Origin: a virus
Lineage: Duplodnaviria > Caudoviricetes
Reading direction: 5' to 3' (one strand)
Virus record (IMG/VR): IMGVR_UViG_3300025600_000006
Location: 1-50,345 of that record
DNA length: 50,345 bases
The stretch's first letter is position 1; each line of letters starts with the position of its first letter. The notes beneath the pieces are model-generated. The model did no database searches. It was not told the DNA's origin and saw only the letters and a program-made list of their open reading frames with translations. Of the stretch, positions 1 to 9,900 are shown piece after piece. The position numbers and the translations under genes were made by a program.

Positions 1-127
1 GTGGTGCAAGGAGAACGTCAGTCCGTACATCGTGACACCCGAGCAATGGTTCGGTACTTCCGAAAAGTTGTACGACCACTTCCCGAGCGAACCTGTGTTC
101 GGTGGCATGTGGGACTTCCTCGTGCTA
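1..127. repeat. Terminal direct repeat copy 1 (circular assembly overlap)
   Basis: Identical to 50219-50345; falls inside a CDS that reads through the junction. Confidence 0.95.
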
Positions 128-823
128 GACAAGCCGTGGAAGGGCGCGCGCACAGGGGTCAAGATAGTCGGCGTCGTCGAGGCCAAGACCTCCTCCCGTC
201 CGCAGGACTGGGTGGACGGTGTTCCCGAGTCCTACGCGGTACAGGCGCTTGAGTACGCCTACCTGCTTGAAGTGGACAGGGTGTTCGTCCCTGTGGCATT
301 CCTGAACGACGAGGACTACGACCACCCCGAGAAGTTCGTCTGTACGGACACCAACACGTTCCTCTACGAACTGAAGGTCTCCGAGAGCGACATCGGCAAC
401 CAGATGACCTGCGCGATGGATTGGCACGAGCATCATGTCGTAGGCAACGTCTCGCCGACGTTCGACGAGAAGAAGGACAAGGTGTTCTTGCAGGTGCTCC
501 GCAAGTCCGAAGTCAAGAGTGACGGACTGGAGACCCTAGCAAAGCGGGCTGCTATCCTCGAAGCCAAGATAGAAGCCGCAGTTGCTACTGCCGGACTGGC
601 GGAGATGGAGAAGGAACTCAAGGGTCTCAAAGACTCAATGAAGCCTGCCTTCATAGTGCTGTTCAAGGATACCGACGACACAGTTTCCGCCTACGGGTGG
701 AAGGTCAAGAAGTCAACTCGCGACGCAATCGACAAGGAGCAGATGGCAGCAGACAACATTCTGGAGAAGTACACCGTTCAGACAATCAGTTACACCATGA
801 CCAAGGAGAAGGCACATGCCTAA
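2..823 (+). CDS. YqaJ/lambda-exonuclease-like nuclease, C-terminal part (gene starts at 49986; about 351 aa in total)
   Basis: In frame with 49986; PD-(D/E)xK-like GGMWDF...VVEAKT and YAVQALEY motifs; lies near the ERF-like domain and next to the SSB-like gene. Confidence 0.8.
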   Translation, partial: WCKENVSPYIVTPEQWFGTSEKLYDHFPSEPVFGGMWDFLVLDKPWKGARTGVKIVGVVEAKTSSRPQDWVDGVPESYAVQALEYAYLLEVDRVFVPVAFLNDEDYDHPEKFVCTDTNTFLYELKVSESDIGNQMTCAMDWHEHHVVGNVSPTFDEKKDKVFLQVLRKSEVKSDGLETLAKRAAILEAKIEAAVATAGLAEMEKELKGLKDSMKPAFIVLFKDTDDTVSAYGWKVKKSTRDAIDKEQMAADNILEKYTVQTISYTMTKEKAHA

Positions 824-1256
824 TGTAACAGGACGCGGCAAGCCCACGTCGTTTCAGATGCTCCCCGAAGGCCCGCACACGCTTCACATCACGAACGTCA
901 AGGGACTTCCTCGTGACAACGTGACCGTCGTTACGATGGAGATGGTCAACAAGGACGGCCTCGGATTCAAGGGTAAGTACCCGCAGAAGTACGACCTCAC
1001 GAGCGACGGCGGTTGGACCGCCTTCTATTTCCTCGTGCTGAACAGCCTCGGCATCGACATCAACGAGGGCGATTCGTTCAACATCGACCAGTTGGAAGAT
1101 ACCTACGTTGAAGTCGAAATCATCCACAAGGACGGCACGAAGCCACGCGAGGATGGTTCGTTCCCCGTATTCACGAATATCAAGGCGACCATCGGCAAGG
1201 GTATCCCGTTCGGTGACGACACCCCCGTCGAGTCTGCGGACGAGGACTTCGAGTAA
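816..1256 (+). CDS. Putative ssDNA-binding protein (DUF669-like)
   Basis: FQMLPEG.H start, beta-rich body, acidic C-tail (ESADEDFE), recombination-module context. Confidence 0.6.
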   Translation: MPNVTGRGKPTSFQMLPEGPHTLHITNVKGLPRDNVTVVTMEMVNKDGLGFKGKYPQKYDLTSDGGWTAFYFLVLNSLGIDINEGDSFNIDQLEDTYVEVEIIHKDGTKPREDGSFPVFTNIKATIGKGIPFGDDTPVESADEDFE

Positions 1257-1257
1257 G

Positions 1258-1644
1258 ATGGCAAACACTTACAGTAGTGCGTCATTCGATATCACGGGGT
1301 ATCCATCGGCGACGATTGGGTGCTGTGCCGAACCGTGTCAGCCCAAACTAACCATCGGCGACCGCGTTCGTATTCGCGCGGGCTACGAGGGCGCTGGCTC
1401 GTGGGGGTTCTACCGAGGCAAATCGCTGAACGACGCGGCTAAGGCGAACATCACATGGGGTTCATCCACCAATAAGGACAGCATCCTCGCCGAGTCCATC
1501 GAGTTGTACCCGTACACCCGCGAGGAGCGCATCGCGCGGGCCATCGAGGACTTGAACGAGTTGCTGGACCCGTCCTATCCCGGTACCGAGATGACCGACA
1601 TCGACACGGCGTGCATCTACGCCATCGTTGATGCGGGGGTCTAG
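1258..1644 (+). CDS. Hypothetical protein
   Basis: ATG just after upstream stop; fills gap in operon. Confidence 0.6.
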   Translation: MANTYSSASFDITGYPSATIGCCAEPCQPKLTIGDRVRIRAGYEGAGSWGFYRGKSLNDAAKANITWGSSTNKDSILAESIELYPYTREERIARAIEDLNELLDPSYPGTEMTDIDTACIYAIVDAGV

Positions 1645-1650
1645 ACAGCA

Positions 1651-1956
1651 ATGGGTCAAGCCGAGTCCACGGTTCAGGCAGACATCCTAGCCTACATCCG
1701 AGGGTGCGGCGGGTACGCCGTGAACATCGGGGGCAACGCCTCAATGGCGAAGGGCACCCCCGATGTTCTGGCGTGCTACAAGGGCGTGTTTCTCGGGCTG
1801 GAAGTGAAGAAGCCCGAGGAGTCCTACGGACTCACCACGCCGCAGCGAATCCGCCTCAAGCAGATAGCGAAGGCTGGCGGAGTGTCGTGTAGCGTCGCCT
1901 CGGTGGATGATGTGGCGCGTGTCATTCGACTGATAGACGAGAGAGGACGGCCATGA
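1651..1956 (+). CDS. VRR-NUC / Holliday junction resolvase-like nuclease
   Basis: ESTVQ..I, GTPDVLACYKGVFLGLEVKK, Q...L..I..AGG motifs. Confidence 0.85.
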   Translation: MGQAESTVQADILAYIRGCGGYAVNIGGNASMAKGTPDVLACYKGVFLGLEVKKPEESYGLTTPQRIRLKQIAKAGGVSCSVASVDDVARVIRLIDERGRP

Positions 1957-2765
1957 GCAGAATCTTCCTGAGCAAATCGACGCAAATCCACAATGCCTAC
2001 AGTGGGGGCAGCACCGAGGCTATCCAGATGGATGCCGTTGTTGACCTCGTGCCGCCGCTCCTGCGTGCCGAAGGCCACACCGTCGAAGTCGGCGAGGGTA
2101 AATCGTGGCAGGAGCAGGTCGCGCTAGGTAACTCGTTCATGGGCGCAGCGGGCCGCTACTACGCCATCCACTCAGACGCGGGTGGTGGCGACGGCACGAC
2201 CGCGTTCTATCATCCCGGCTCGCTGGTGGGTAAGCGTATGGCCGAGAGGCTGTATGCGCGCGTAGCCCCTGTGTCTATCGGTAAGGACAACGGAGTGAAA
2301 GAACGTGGCGACCTTGGGGAACTGAACGGTCCGAAGTCCCCCGCGTGTCTTATCGAGGTCGAGTTCCATGACAACCCCGTCGGCGCACACGACATCCGTT
2401 CACGTCACTCAGCCTACGCGCACGCCATCGCTGACGGTATCCTCGATGAGGTCGGACGCAAGCCGGTCGCAAAGCCGACCGTTCGCCTGACCTGCTCGAA
2501 GAAGAACGCGAACCGGCTTGAGGGTTACGTCCTCAGCGGTGTGACCTATCCGATGGCTAAGGTCATCATGTCCTACCGCCGTCCGGGCGAGACCGAGTGG
2601 CGTCCGTGGGTCACGCTCACCGCGAACGCGGCGGGTGGGTTCAACGTAGGTACGCGCGGGTACCGCGTCGGCGTCTATCAGTACCGCGCGATGTCACCCG
2701 ACAACATCAAACTCGGGTTCCCCATCTGGCGCTACGGCTACGCGGCGGTCAGCATCGTCAAGTAG
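1953..2765 (+). CDS. N-acetylmuramoyl-L-alanine amidase (Amidase_3) endolysin with C-terminal beta-sandwich domain
   Basis: TEA, AIHSDAGGG.GT, DLGEL, PACLIEVEFHDN motifs. Confidence 0.85.
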   Translation: MSRIFLSKSTQIHNAYSGGSTEAIQMDAVVDLVPPLLRAEGHTVEVGEGKSWQEQVALGNSFMGAAGRYYAIHSDAGGGDGTTAFYHPGSLVGKRMAERLYARVAPVSIGKDNGVKERGDLGELNGPKSPACLIEVEFHDNPVGAHDIRSRHSAYAHAIADGILDEVGRKPVAKPTVRLTCSKKNANRLEGYVLSGVTYPMAKVIMSYRRPGETEWRPWVTLTANAAGGFNVGTRGYRVGVYQYRAMSPDNIKLGFPIWRYGYAAVSIVK

Positions 2766-2779
2766 GTTCGGCACGAACT

Positions 2780-2820
2780 GAATCCCCGTCGCGGAAGGAG
2801 AGTTTACGCGGCGGGGATTC
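2780..2820. terminator. Hairpin between convergent endolysin and tail genes
   Basis: GAATCCCCGTCGCG / CGCGGCGGGGATTC 14-bp stem. Confidence 0.65.
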
Positions 2821-2860
2821 TCTATGCGCTCACCGAGTCACACTCAGCGAGAGTACAGGC

Positions 2861-3955
2861 TTATGCGCAGGCTACTGACGCCCACTCGAAGTTGTCTACT
2901 CGGACTGCGATGGCAAAGGTCGAGCCGCCCGCCACAACACCCGCCACCGTCTCGGTGAGGTCGGGGTAGGCCACGGTCGCAATCAGTGTCGGGGTTGTCG
3001 TGGTGTTGTAGATTAGGTACTCGATGTCCACGTTGTCCCAGTCATCATAGCCCGTAACGCCCGTCCACGCGAACGCGACAGATGTCGCTCCGATTGTCGC
3101 GGTCGGTGTCGTGACCGCCACGGGGAACGGGGCCGCCCCTGTGGCCCCGACGTATACCGCAAGAAACTCGACGCGGCCCGCGCCATTGAAGGTGCGCTTC
3201 GCTTCGATGAGCAACACATCCAGATACTCGTTGTCCACAGCGAGTTGTACGATATTCCCACACTTCAGTGATGGGTCGTCGCGCATCGTGAATCGGTACG
3301 CGCGCCCGCCGAAGTCGGGGAATGACCACGACAACACGCCGTCGGCTTTGTACTGCGTCGTGACGAGCGGGTTGTCGATGTTAGTCCCAGCAACCGTGGA
3401 CGCATCGTTGGATACCGAGTCGTCAATCTTCTGTCCTTTGATGACGAGCCGCGCATACATCGTTGGCGGGACGGTGCTGGCAATCCAGATGTCAGAGCGC
3501 ACCACCGTGTTGTAGGTGTTCACCTCAACGATGGCGTTGGTTATCTCAGTATCGACATCTCCGACGCGGCTGTAGACCCTGCGGTCGGCACAGCCGTCGT
3601 GGGCTATGGAGACCGTCAGGTTACTACCACCGAACTTCGGCACATCGAGAATGTCGGTGTACGCGGTCTCAATCTGGTAGTTGTGAACCGCCGCCGAGAA
3701 AGGCGCGATAGGTTGGTCATATTTCTCATACTGCGGGATGCCGAACGTGTTGAGCGCGTTGATTTTGTAGTCGAGTTTGGCAATGTTGTGTGTGCAGACG
3801 AGTGTCCGCACTCCCGTGTTGTCTAGATACCAGCGTCCACCGAGGAGGTTGGCGAAGTGAGCCACCACATCACTAGACGAAGTAGTCGAGGAAATGGGCG
3901 CAGCGAAGTCGCTGCCCGACACATCATCTCCTAGGAACAATCCTGAATGAATCAC
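2861..3955 (-). CDS. Minor tail/baseplate protein with C-terminal FN3/Ig-like domain
   Basis: GTG start with AGGGGA RBS; IDNPLVT and RDDPSLKCGNIV resemble tail-hub C-terminal motifs; last gene of tail operon. Confidence 0.6.
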   Translation of the reverse strand: MIHSGLFLGDDVSGSDFAAPISSTTSSSDVVAHFANLLGGRWYLDNTGVRTLVCTHNIAKLDYKINALNTFGIPQYEKYDQPIAPFSAAVHNYQIETAYTDILDVPKFGGSNLTVSIAHDGCADRRVYSRVGDVDTEITNAIVEVNTYNTVVRSDIWIASTVPPTMYARLVIKGQKIDDSVSNDASTVAGTNIDNPLVTTQYKADGVLSWSFPDFGGRAYRFTMRDDPSLKCGNIVQLAVDNEYLDVLLIEAKRTFNGAGRVEFLAVYVGATGAAPFPVAVTTPTATIGATSVAFAWTGVTGYDDWDNVDIEYLIYNTTTTPTLIATVAYPDLTETVAGVVAGGSTFAIAVRVDNFEWASVACA

Positions 3956-3984
3956 GATGGTAGTCCCCTAGCCGTTGTGGGCGG

Positions 3985-6543
3985 TCACGCGGGCACACCA
4001 TATGCAACGCCATAGCCCCCCGCATAGGTGGTGAATGGGTCTGCCCGGCCAGTCCAAGTGATGCCATCGGGTGAGGTGGCAATCCTGTTCCCGCCTGCGC
4101 CGACAGCGACCCACAGCGAGCCGTCCCACGCGACGCCATACCCGGAGGTGGTGAACGGACCCGTCTGGCCAGTCCACGTTGTGCCATTGGGGGAGGTGGC
4201 TATTGCATCGACCGCGCCCGTACCGGCGGGGTTTTCGCCGACAGCGACCCACAGCGAGCCGTTCCACGCAATGCCATAACCGAAGGTGAGCGGATTTCTC
4301 CGGCCAGCCCACGTTATGCCGTCGGAGGAGGTAGCAATCGTCTTAGTGCCGTAGCCGACAGCAACCCACAGCGAGCCGTTCCACGCGACGCCGTGGACAG
4401 GAGCAAGCGGACTTGTCCGGCCAGTCCACGTTATGCCATCGGGCGAGGTGACTATCTGATTGGCCCCATTACCGACAGCGACCCACAACGAGCCGTTCCA
4501 CGCAATGCCATAACCATAGTTGAGCGAACTCGTCCGGCCAGTCCAAGTGATGCCATCGGGTGAGGTGGCTATCTTGTCGGTGCCTGCACCGGTTCCGACG
4601 GCGACCCACAACGAGCCGTTCCACGCGACGCCGCGCCCTGTGGTGAACGGACTCGTCTGGGCCGTCCACGTTATGCCATCGGGGGAGGTGGATATCCCGC
4701 CTGCACTGATACCGACGGCGACCCACAACGAGCCGTTCCACGCAACACCATAACCGGAGGCGAGTTGACTTGTCCGGCCAGTCCACGTTGTGCCATCGGG
4801 TGAGGTGGCTATCGTATTGACCCCAGTGCCGGTACTGCCAGAGCCCGCACCGCCTATAGCGACCCACAGCGGGGCTATTGCGTCCTCTAGCGCCGTAGGC
4901 GTTGCCTCCGCAGAATCACTCTCCGCGCCCCAAATGCCAATCTCGTCCCGAGCGGCGACCGTGAATGAGTACGTCGTGTCGTTCGTCAGTCCCGTCGCGG
5001 TATAGGTGAGTACGTTTCCGAGAGTGGCGAGTAGCGTGCCGTCTTGATATACACAGTAGCCGACGATGCCCCCCTCGCCGGTAGCAGCATCCCACGCGAG
5101 GACGGACGCCGCGTCGCCGTTGGACGCGGTAAGACCCGTGACCTGCGAGGGGGCGTCGCTTGGAGGAAGGGGCACATATTCGTCATCGGGATACGGTCCC
5201 GTGATGACGCCATACGGCGAGTTGAGATATCGTGCGTCCAAGAGAAGCCCCATGCCGTCTTGCGCCTCCACGTTGACAATCCATTGGTTCTTATCCAGTG
5301 TTGCGTTGGTGACGAAGAACCGCCCCATCGTCACGATGTCGTAGGTCTCAACGCCGCCTACGACGGTCATCCATCCACGCTCGACCTCGAACGGGTGGTC
5401 TTGTGCGAAGGTGGCGAGGAACGCCGCGATAGTCGTCTGCAACGTCTCTTTGGTGAACGGAGTGTGTATCGAGAACTGACAGGAGTTGACCTGCGCGAGC
5501 GTGGACGTGGGGTCAAAATATTCAGTCGTGTTCACAGCCACAAGGGAGTCGTTGCCGTCCGCCCCGTTGCTGTAGACCGCCAACGGCAGTCCGTCTGTGC
5601 CGAGCATCGTCACGCGCCCATACGCGCCGTCAAGTGAGGTCTCAAAGTTCTTGGCGTACCACGCCGTCTCCGGGGGACTCGGCACGATGGCCGCAGCCTT
5701 CGCGATATCCGTCCACGCGTATCCACTACCGAGCGAATACGGGTTGCTCCACTGATTCGTTCCCATCAGCGCGAACAACGGAAGCGACAGATAGAGCACC
5801 CACGCGGTCGGTGTTGCTGACGGAGCGACCCAAACCTCAAATAGTTTGTAGTTGCCCGCTTCGCGCGCAACAACCTTGACGTATGCTTGCGCGAGTCCAG
5901 CAGGGAGCGTGACCAGATACGGGGCCATCCATGTTGTGTCGCCCCCGACCGTCGCAACACCGTCGAGCATCAACTCGATAGCCACGGTGCTATCCCCTGT
6001 GTTGGGGGTATCCAAGAGGAAGTCGATATAGTTGCGCGCGTCGGTGGCGTAGCGCACCTGCGCGGCGTAGCCGCCAGTGACTGCCGACGTGCGGCCCGTC
6101 ATCACACCGAAGTCTCCGGTATCGATGGGGTTTGCGTTCGGCGGCGGGGTGATGTCGAACCAGTCGAGAACGACGGTGAATGTCGCGGTTGTCGCGGCGG
6201 CGTTCTTGCGGCCACTCCACGACCACACGACCGTGTGCTCCTCGCTCACCAATGGGCCGCTGTCCCACACGGGAACGGTACACGCTACCGAAGTCGGGGT
6301 GTAGAGGTCCACATCAGTCGCAGCCCCGCCATCGATTGCGACGGTGGCGATGCCGTACTGGGAATAGGTTACCGCATAGATACGGATGCGCGTCCCCGTG
6401 AACGTGATGGTGTCATACCCCGCTGCGTTCCACTGGTGGTCCCACAGGTGGGTGTGCGCGCTCGGGGGCTTGTGATACAGTTCGGCACCGCCTGTGCGGA
6501 CGATGTGGTTGTCATAGACGTTGTACGCGATTTCTCCGGCCAT
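3985..6543 (-). CDS. Tail-tip protein: jelly-roll/CBM-like, hub-like segment, FN3 and 7-repeat beta-propeller
   Basis: MGRFFVT...VEAQDGM hub-like motif; FN3 (PSQVTGLTAS...YSFTVAARD); seven S(P/S)(D/N)GxTW Asp-box repeats. Confidence 0.7.
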   Translation of the reverse strand: MAGEIAYNVYDNHIVRTGGAELYHKPPSAHTHLWDHQWNAAGYDTITFTGTRIRIYAVTYSQYGIATVAIDGGAATDVDLYTPTSVACTVPVWDSGPLVSEEHTVVWSWSGRKNAAATTATFTVVLDWFDITPPPNANPIDTGDFGVMTGRTSAVTGGYAAQVRYATDARNYIDFLLDTPNTGDSTVAIELMLDGVATVGGDTTWMAPYLVTLPAGLAQAYVKVVAREAGNYKLFEVWVAPSATPTAWVLYLSLPLFALMGTNQWSNPYSLGSGYAWTDIAKAAAIVPSPPETAWYAKNFETSLDGAYGRVTMLGTDGLPLAVYSNGADGNDSLVAVNTTEYFDPTSTLAQVNSCQFSIHTPFTKETLQTTIAAFLATFAQDHPFEVERGWMTVVGGVETYDIVTMGRFFVTNATLDKNQWIVNVEAQDGMGLLLDARYLNSPYGVITGPYPDDEYVPLPPSDAPSQVTGLTASNGDAASVLAWDAATGEGGIVGYCVYQDGTLLATLGNVLTYTATGLTNDTTYSFTVAARDEIGIWGAESDSAEATPTALEDAIAPLWVAIGGAGSGSTGTGVNTIATSPDGTTWTGRTSQLASGYGVAWNGSLWVAVGISAGGISTSPDGITWTAQTSPFTTGRGVAWNGSLWVAVGTGAGTDKIATSPDGITWTGRTSSLNYGYGIAWNGSLWVAVGNGANQIVTSPDGITWTGRTSPLAPVHGVAWNGSLWVAVGYGTKTIATSSDGITWAGRRNPLTFGYGIAWNGSLWVAVGENPAGTGAVDAIATSPNGTTWTGQTGPFTTSGYGVAWDGSLWVAVGAGGNRIATSPDGITWTGRADPFTTYAGGYGVAYGVPA
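4000..4870 (-). repeat. Seven tandem coding repeats of about 120 bp (GVAWNGSLWVAVG...IATSPDGITWTGRTS)
   Basis: Recurrent ACCCACA(A/G)CGAGCCGTTCCACGC and CCAGTCCA.GT..TGCCATCGGG cores. Confidence 0.9.
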
Positions 6544-6546
6544 CGT

Positions 6547-6978
6547 CTAGACCTCGACCATGTTCGCCGACACGTTCAACCAGTGTGTTGGTACGCCCGT
6601 GGCGGTACTACCGACCCGGAACGGGTCACCTGTTCTGTCGCCGATATACATCTTCTTGATGACCTTGGCCTGAATACGCGGGTCGTAGAACTTCACCCAG
6701 AAGGTGAACTCTCCACCCTGTGCCCTGTCGAATAGGACAAGAAGGTTGTGAAACTCGGTGTCAGTGAGTGGCGGGAACACCAGATTGAGTTTGCACTTAT
6801 CTGACCCCACGGTTTGACCGATGAACGTGCCTGTGGCGTTACGCCCGCCGTCCACGTTCGTGGTGAACTCAAGGGTGCCCGAGTCGAGTTTCGGCATTGG
6901 GATACTCTGCCACGAGTACGAGTAACTGCCGGAACTGCCGGTGCGCGTGTGGCTTATCTGGATGTAGTCGCTTATCAT
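6547..6978 (-). CDS. Distal-tail-like protein following the tape measure
   Basis: Position; GRNATGTFIG, VKFYDP, MYIGDR, NVSANMVEV pattern. Confidence 0.65.
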   Translation of the reverse strand: MISDYIQISHTRTGSSGSYSYSWQSIPMPKLDSGTLEFTTNVDGGRNATGTFIGQTVGSDKCKLNLVFPPLTDTEFHNLLVLFDRAQGGEFTFWVKFYDPRIQAKVIKKMYIGDRTGDPFRVGSTATGVPTHWLNVSANMVEV

Positions 6979-9900
6979 GCGGGGTTACCTGCCGTTCCGA
7001 CGGAAATCATCCCACCGACGCCCGCGCGTGCGGTGCTCGTCTTGATGATTTTGCCTGCCTTCACACCGTCAATGAACACGTCGCCGCCACCACTCGATTG
7101 CGGAGCGGAACGCAGCGCGGCGGTTGTGGCGGAGTAGACCGCAGCCGCCATAGCCTCGACGAAGCCCGAGTTTTCGAGCGGCATGACGGTGTTGTTGTTC
7201 CCACCGTAGGAACCGACTATCTCCGGGCCAGCATCACCAGCAACGAACATTCGGCCTGCGGGCACCGACCCGCCGTCAGCAAGGTACGGGATGGTGGCGA
7301 CTCGATTCACCTTCTTCATCAAATCAGTCTTGTCCACCGACTTCGCCGCAGAAATGACCTTGTTCAGCAAGGCAATCGGGCCGTTGTTGATGGCGCTGAT
7401 GAGGAAGTTGACCCCGCTCTTAAAGATGCCTTTGATGGCGTCCCACGCCGCGCTGAGTCCTGCCGTCAGGCCATTCCACACGTTGCGAACTACCCGTGCG
7501 ATGGTGGCGAATACGGGAGTGATGAACCGCACGATTGCCTCAATCGGTCCCTTTACCGCCTTGTAAACGAAGTTCCACGCTTCTTGTGTTTTGGTCTTGA
7601 TAACACCCCATGCCGAGGTTAGGGCCGTCACCACACCGTTCCAGATGCCCTTGAGAAACCCGGTGATGCCGTTCCAGATTGAGGTGGCCTGCTTGGCTAT
7701 CCATTGCCACGCGCCAGTAAGGACACCTGTGATGATTGTCCATATCCGAGTTGCCTCAGCGCTTATCCAGTTCCACCCGGCGATGATGGGGTCTGTGACG
7801 GTCTGCCATATCACCACGGCCTGCACACTTATCCACGTCCACGCATCCGTGAGCGCCGTGGTGATGATGGTCCATATCCGGGTCGCTTCTGTGCTGAGCC
7901 ACGTCCACGCCAGAATGATGGCGGTCCCTATCAGGGCTACCGGGATGAGGATAATGGCCTTGATGATGTTCCATACCCACGCAAGGCCATCGCTGATGGT
8001 TTTCCACACCGAGGCCGTTTGTTCAGAAATCGTGTTCCACGCGTCGATGATGGGTTTGACAATGTACATGTTCCAGACCTCGGACACCATAGTGGCGAGG
8101 GTATCCCACGCCGCAACAATCGGGTCGGTGATGGCCGCCCACGCGCCAGCGACGGCGGCACCGAGGTTACCCCATGCGTCAGTGATGGCGGTGGTGATAT
8201 TAGCCCATGTGATGACCGCGCCGTCAACGAGATTTTTCCATGTGGTCGAGATGGTGTCGCCTAGCGTCTTAGCCCACTCCGAAACCTTGTCCCAGTTCTT
8301 CCATAGCGCCACACCTGCGGCGATGACGGCGACGATGCCAAGGACAATCCAACCCACGGGTCCGATTGCCGCTCCAAGAATCTCGAACCCTGCGGCGGGT
8401 CCACCAACAGCGAACGCCGAGAATATTGCGCCAATGGTTTCGCCTGCTGTGAGTAGCCACGCGGGCCATGTGAACGCCATGATTTTAGCCACGAACAGGC
8501 CGAAGCCCGTTGTGATGCTGCCGCTGCCCCCGCCAAACAAGAGATCCATATCGCTAAACGCGCCAAAGATGCCCGCCAAGATACCCTTGAGGGCTGTGAA
8601 GCCGAGCAACTTACTGAAGATACCTATGAGCCATCCGAGTATTTTGAGAACGGTGGTTATCCCCTTGAACGCCATGAGGATTGCAAGAACTCCACCGAGC
8701 GCCTCGGAGGCTTTGGGGTGCGCGTTGAACCACTCAAGGACGGCCTTGATTCGCTCCAACACCAGCACACCGACGGTGTTGATGACCCATACACCCATCG
8801 GCTTGATGACGTTGTTCCACATGTCCACAAAACCCTTCCAAATATCCTTGGCGAAGGGCTTTAGCGCGTCCCACACTTCACTCAGGGCTTTGAGGAACGG
8901 GGCGAACACCACGCCTAGATTCTTGAACATGGCCTTGATGGGGTCGGTGATGGCCGAGAGACCCTTGGCACCACCTATCATGTCGTACACATCGAATGGC
9001 GCGATGGTTCCGCCACCGGGCGCGCCAGCCGCCGTGTCTATCGTAGGGGGTTTGATGATGTTGAGTTCATCAATCCCCATCGTGTAGTCTTTGAGTTTCT
9101 TAGCCTCATCAGCCGCAGCCTTGGTCGCCGCAGTAACGTCGGTCATGTCGCCAAACAGGTCGTCCGTCCCCTGCGCCGCCCCGGCCACCTGCTGTGTAAA
9201 GTCGTTCCACGATGGCATCTTGATACCGAACAGGGCGAGGAAGGCTTGCCCCGCCTGCGCGACCGCCTGCGTGACGTAAATGAGCACAGGGAGAATGGCC
9301 TGAAGCGCGGGCATGAACATCCAACCGATAACGCGCGCGGCCACTTGGAACTGGTCCGAGAGCACACGCATCATGTTGGCGGGGGACGACAGCGTGCGAG
9401 CGAGGTCACCCTGTATCTTGGTGGAGTTTCGGACGATGAGGTTGTGCATCAGGATGATTTTGTTGGCTTTGGTGAAGGTGGCGACGTTCCCCTCGATACC
9501 TTCCTTGAGGGCTTCCATCTTCAAGGAGGCCAGTGTGACATCGAGACCGAGGGCTGCGACAGCACGAGTCTGCCCCGCCATCGCCGACCGGAACTTACCT
9601 GAGACGGTCTCAAAGTCCATGTCGAACAGTGACGCATAGTCATAGGTCAACTGGGTGAAGTTCCGCGAGACCGTGGTGGCCGTTTCGGACACCATGCCGA
9701 GGGATGACGCCATGAGATAGAACGTCGAGTTCAGTTCCCTGAACTGCTGCGGGTCAACGCCAAGCATGTTGGTAATCGAATCCGCGTAGTCGTTAGCCGC
9801 GCGCGCCGTGGTACCCATCGCTACTTGAAAGAGGTTGATTTTCTCCACAAGGGCGACGGCTGCGCCGAGGAAAACCTTGAACGCACCGATGATGGCCGAA

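Noticed and set aside
3955-3987. Stop-codon readthrough or recoding joining the two tail genes
   Set aside because: The genes are in different frames, the downstream one has its own RBS and GTG, and TAG, TGA and TAA all end genes normally elsewhere.
4000-4870. Regular repeats as a CRISPR array or extra DGR repeats
   Set aside because: They are in-frame protein repeats with synonymous variation; no cas genes and no adenine-specific pattern seen.
7591-9087. Long plus-strand ORFs opposite tape measure and other genes (also 21116-22126, 24038-25000)
   Set aside because: Antisense shadows expected from high-GC codon bias; no motifs or RBS.
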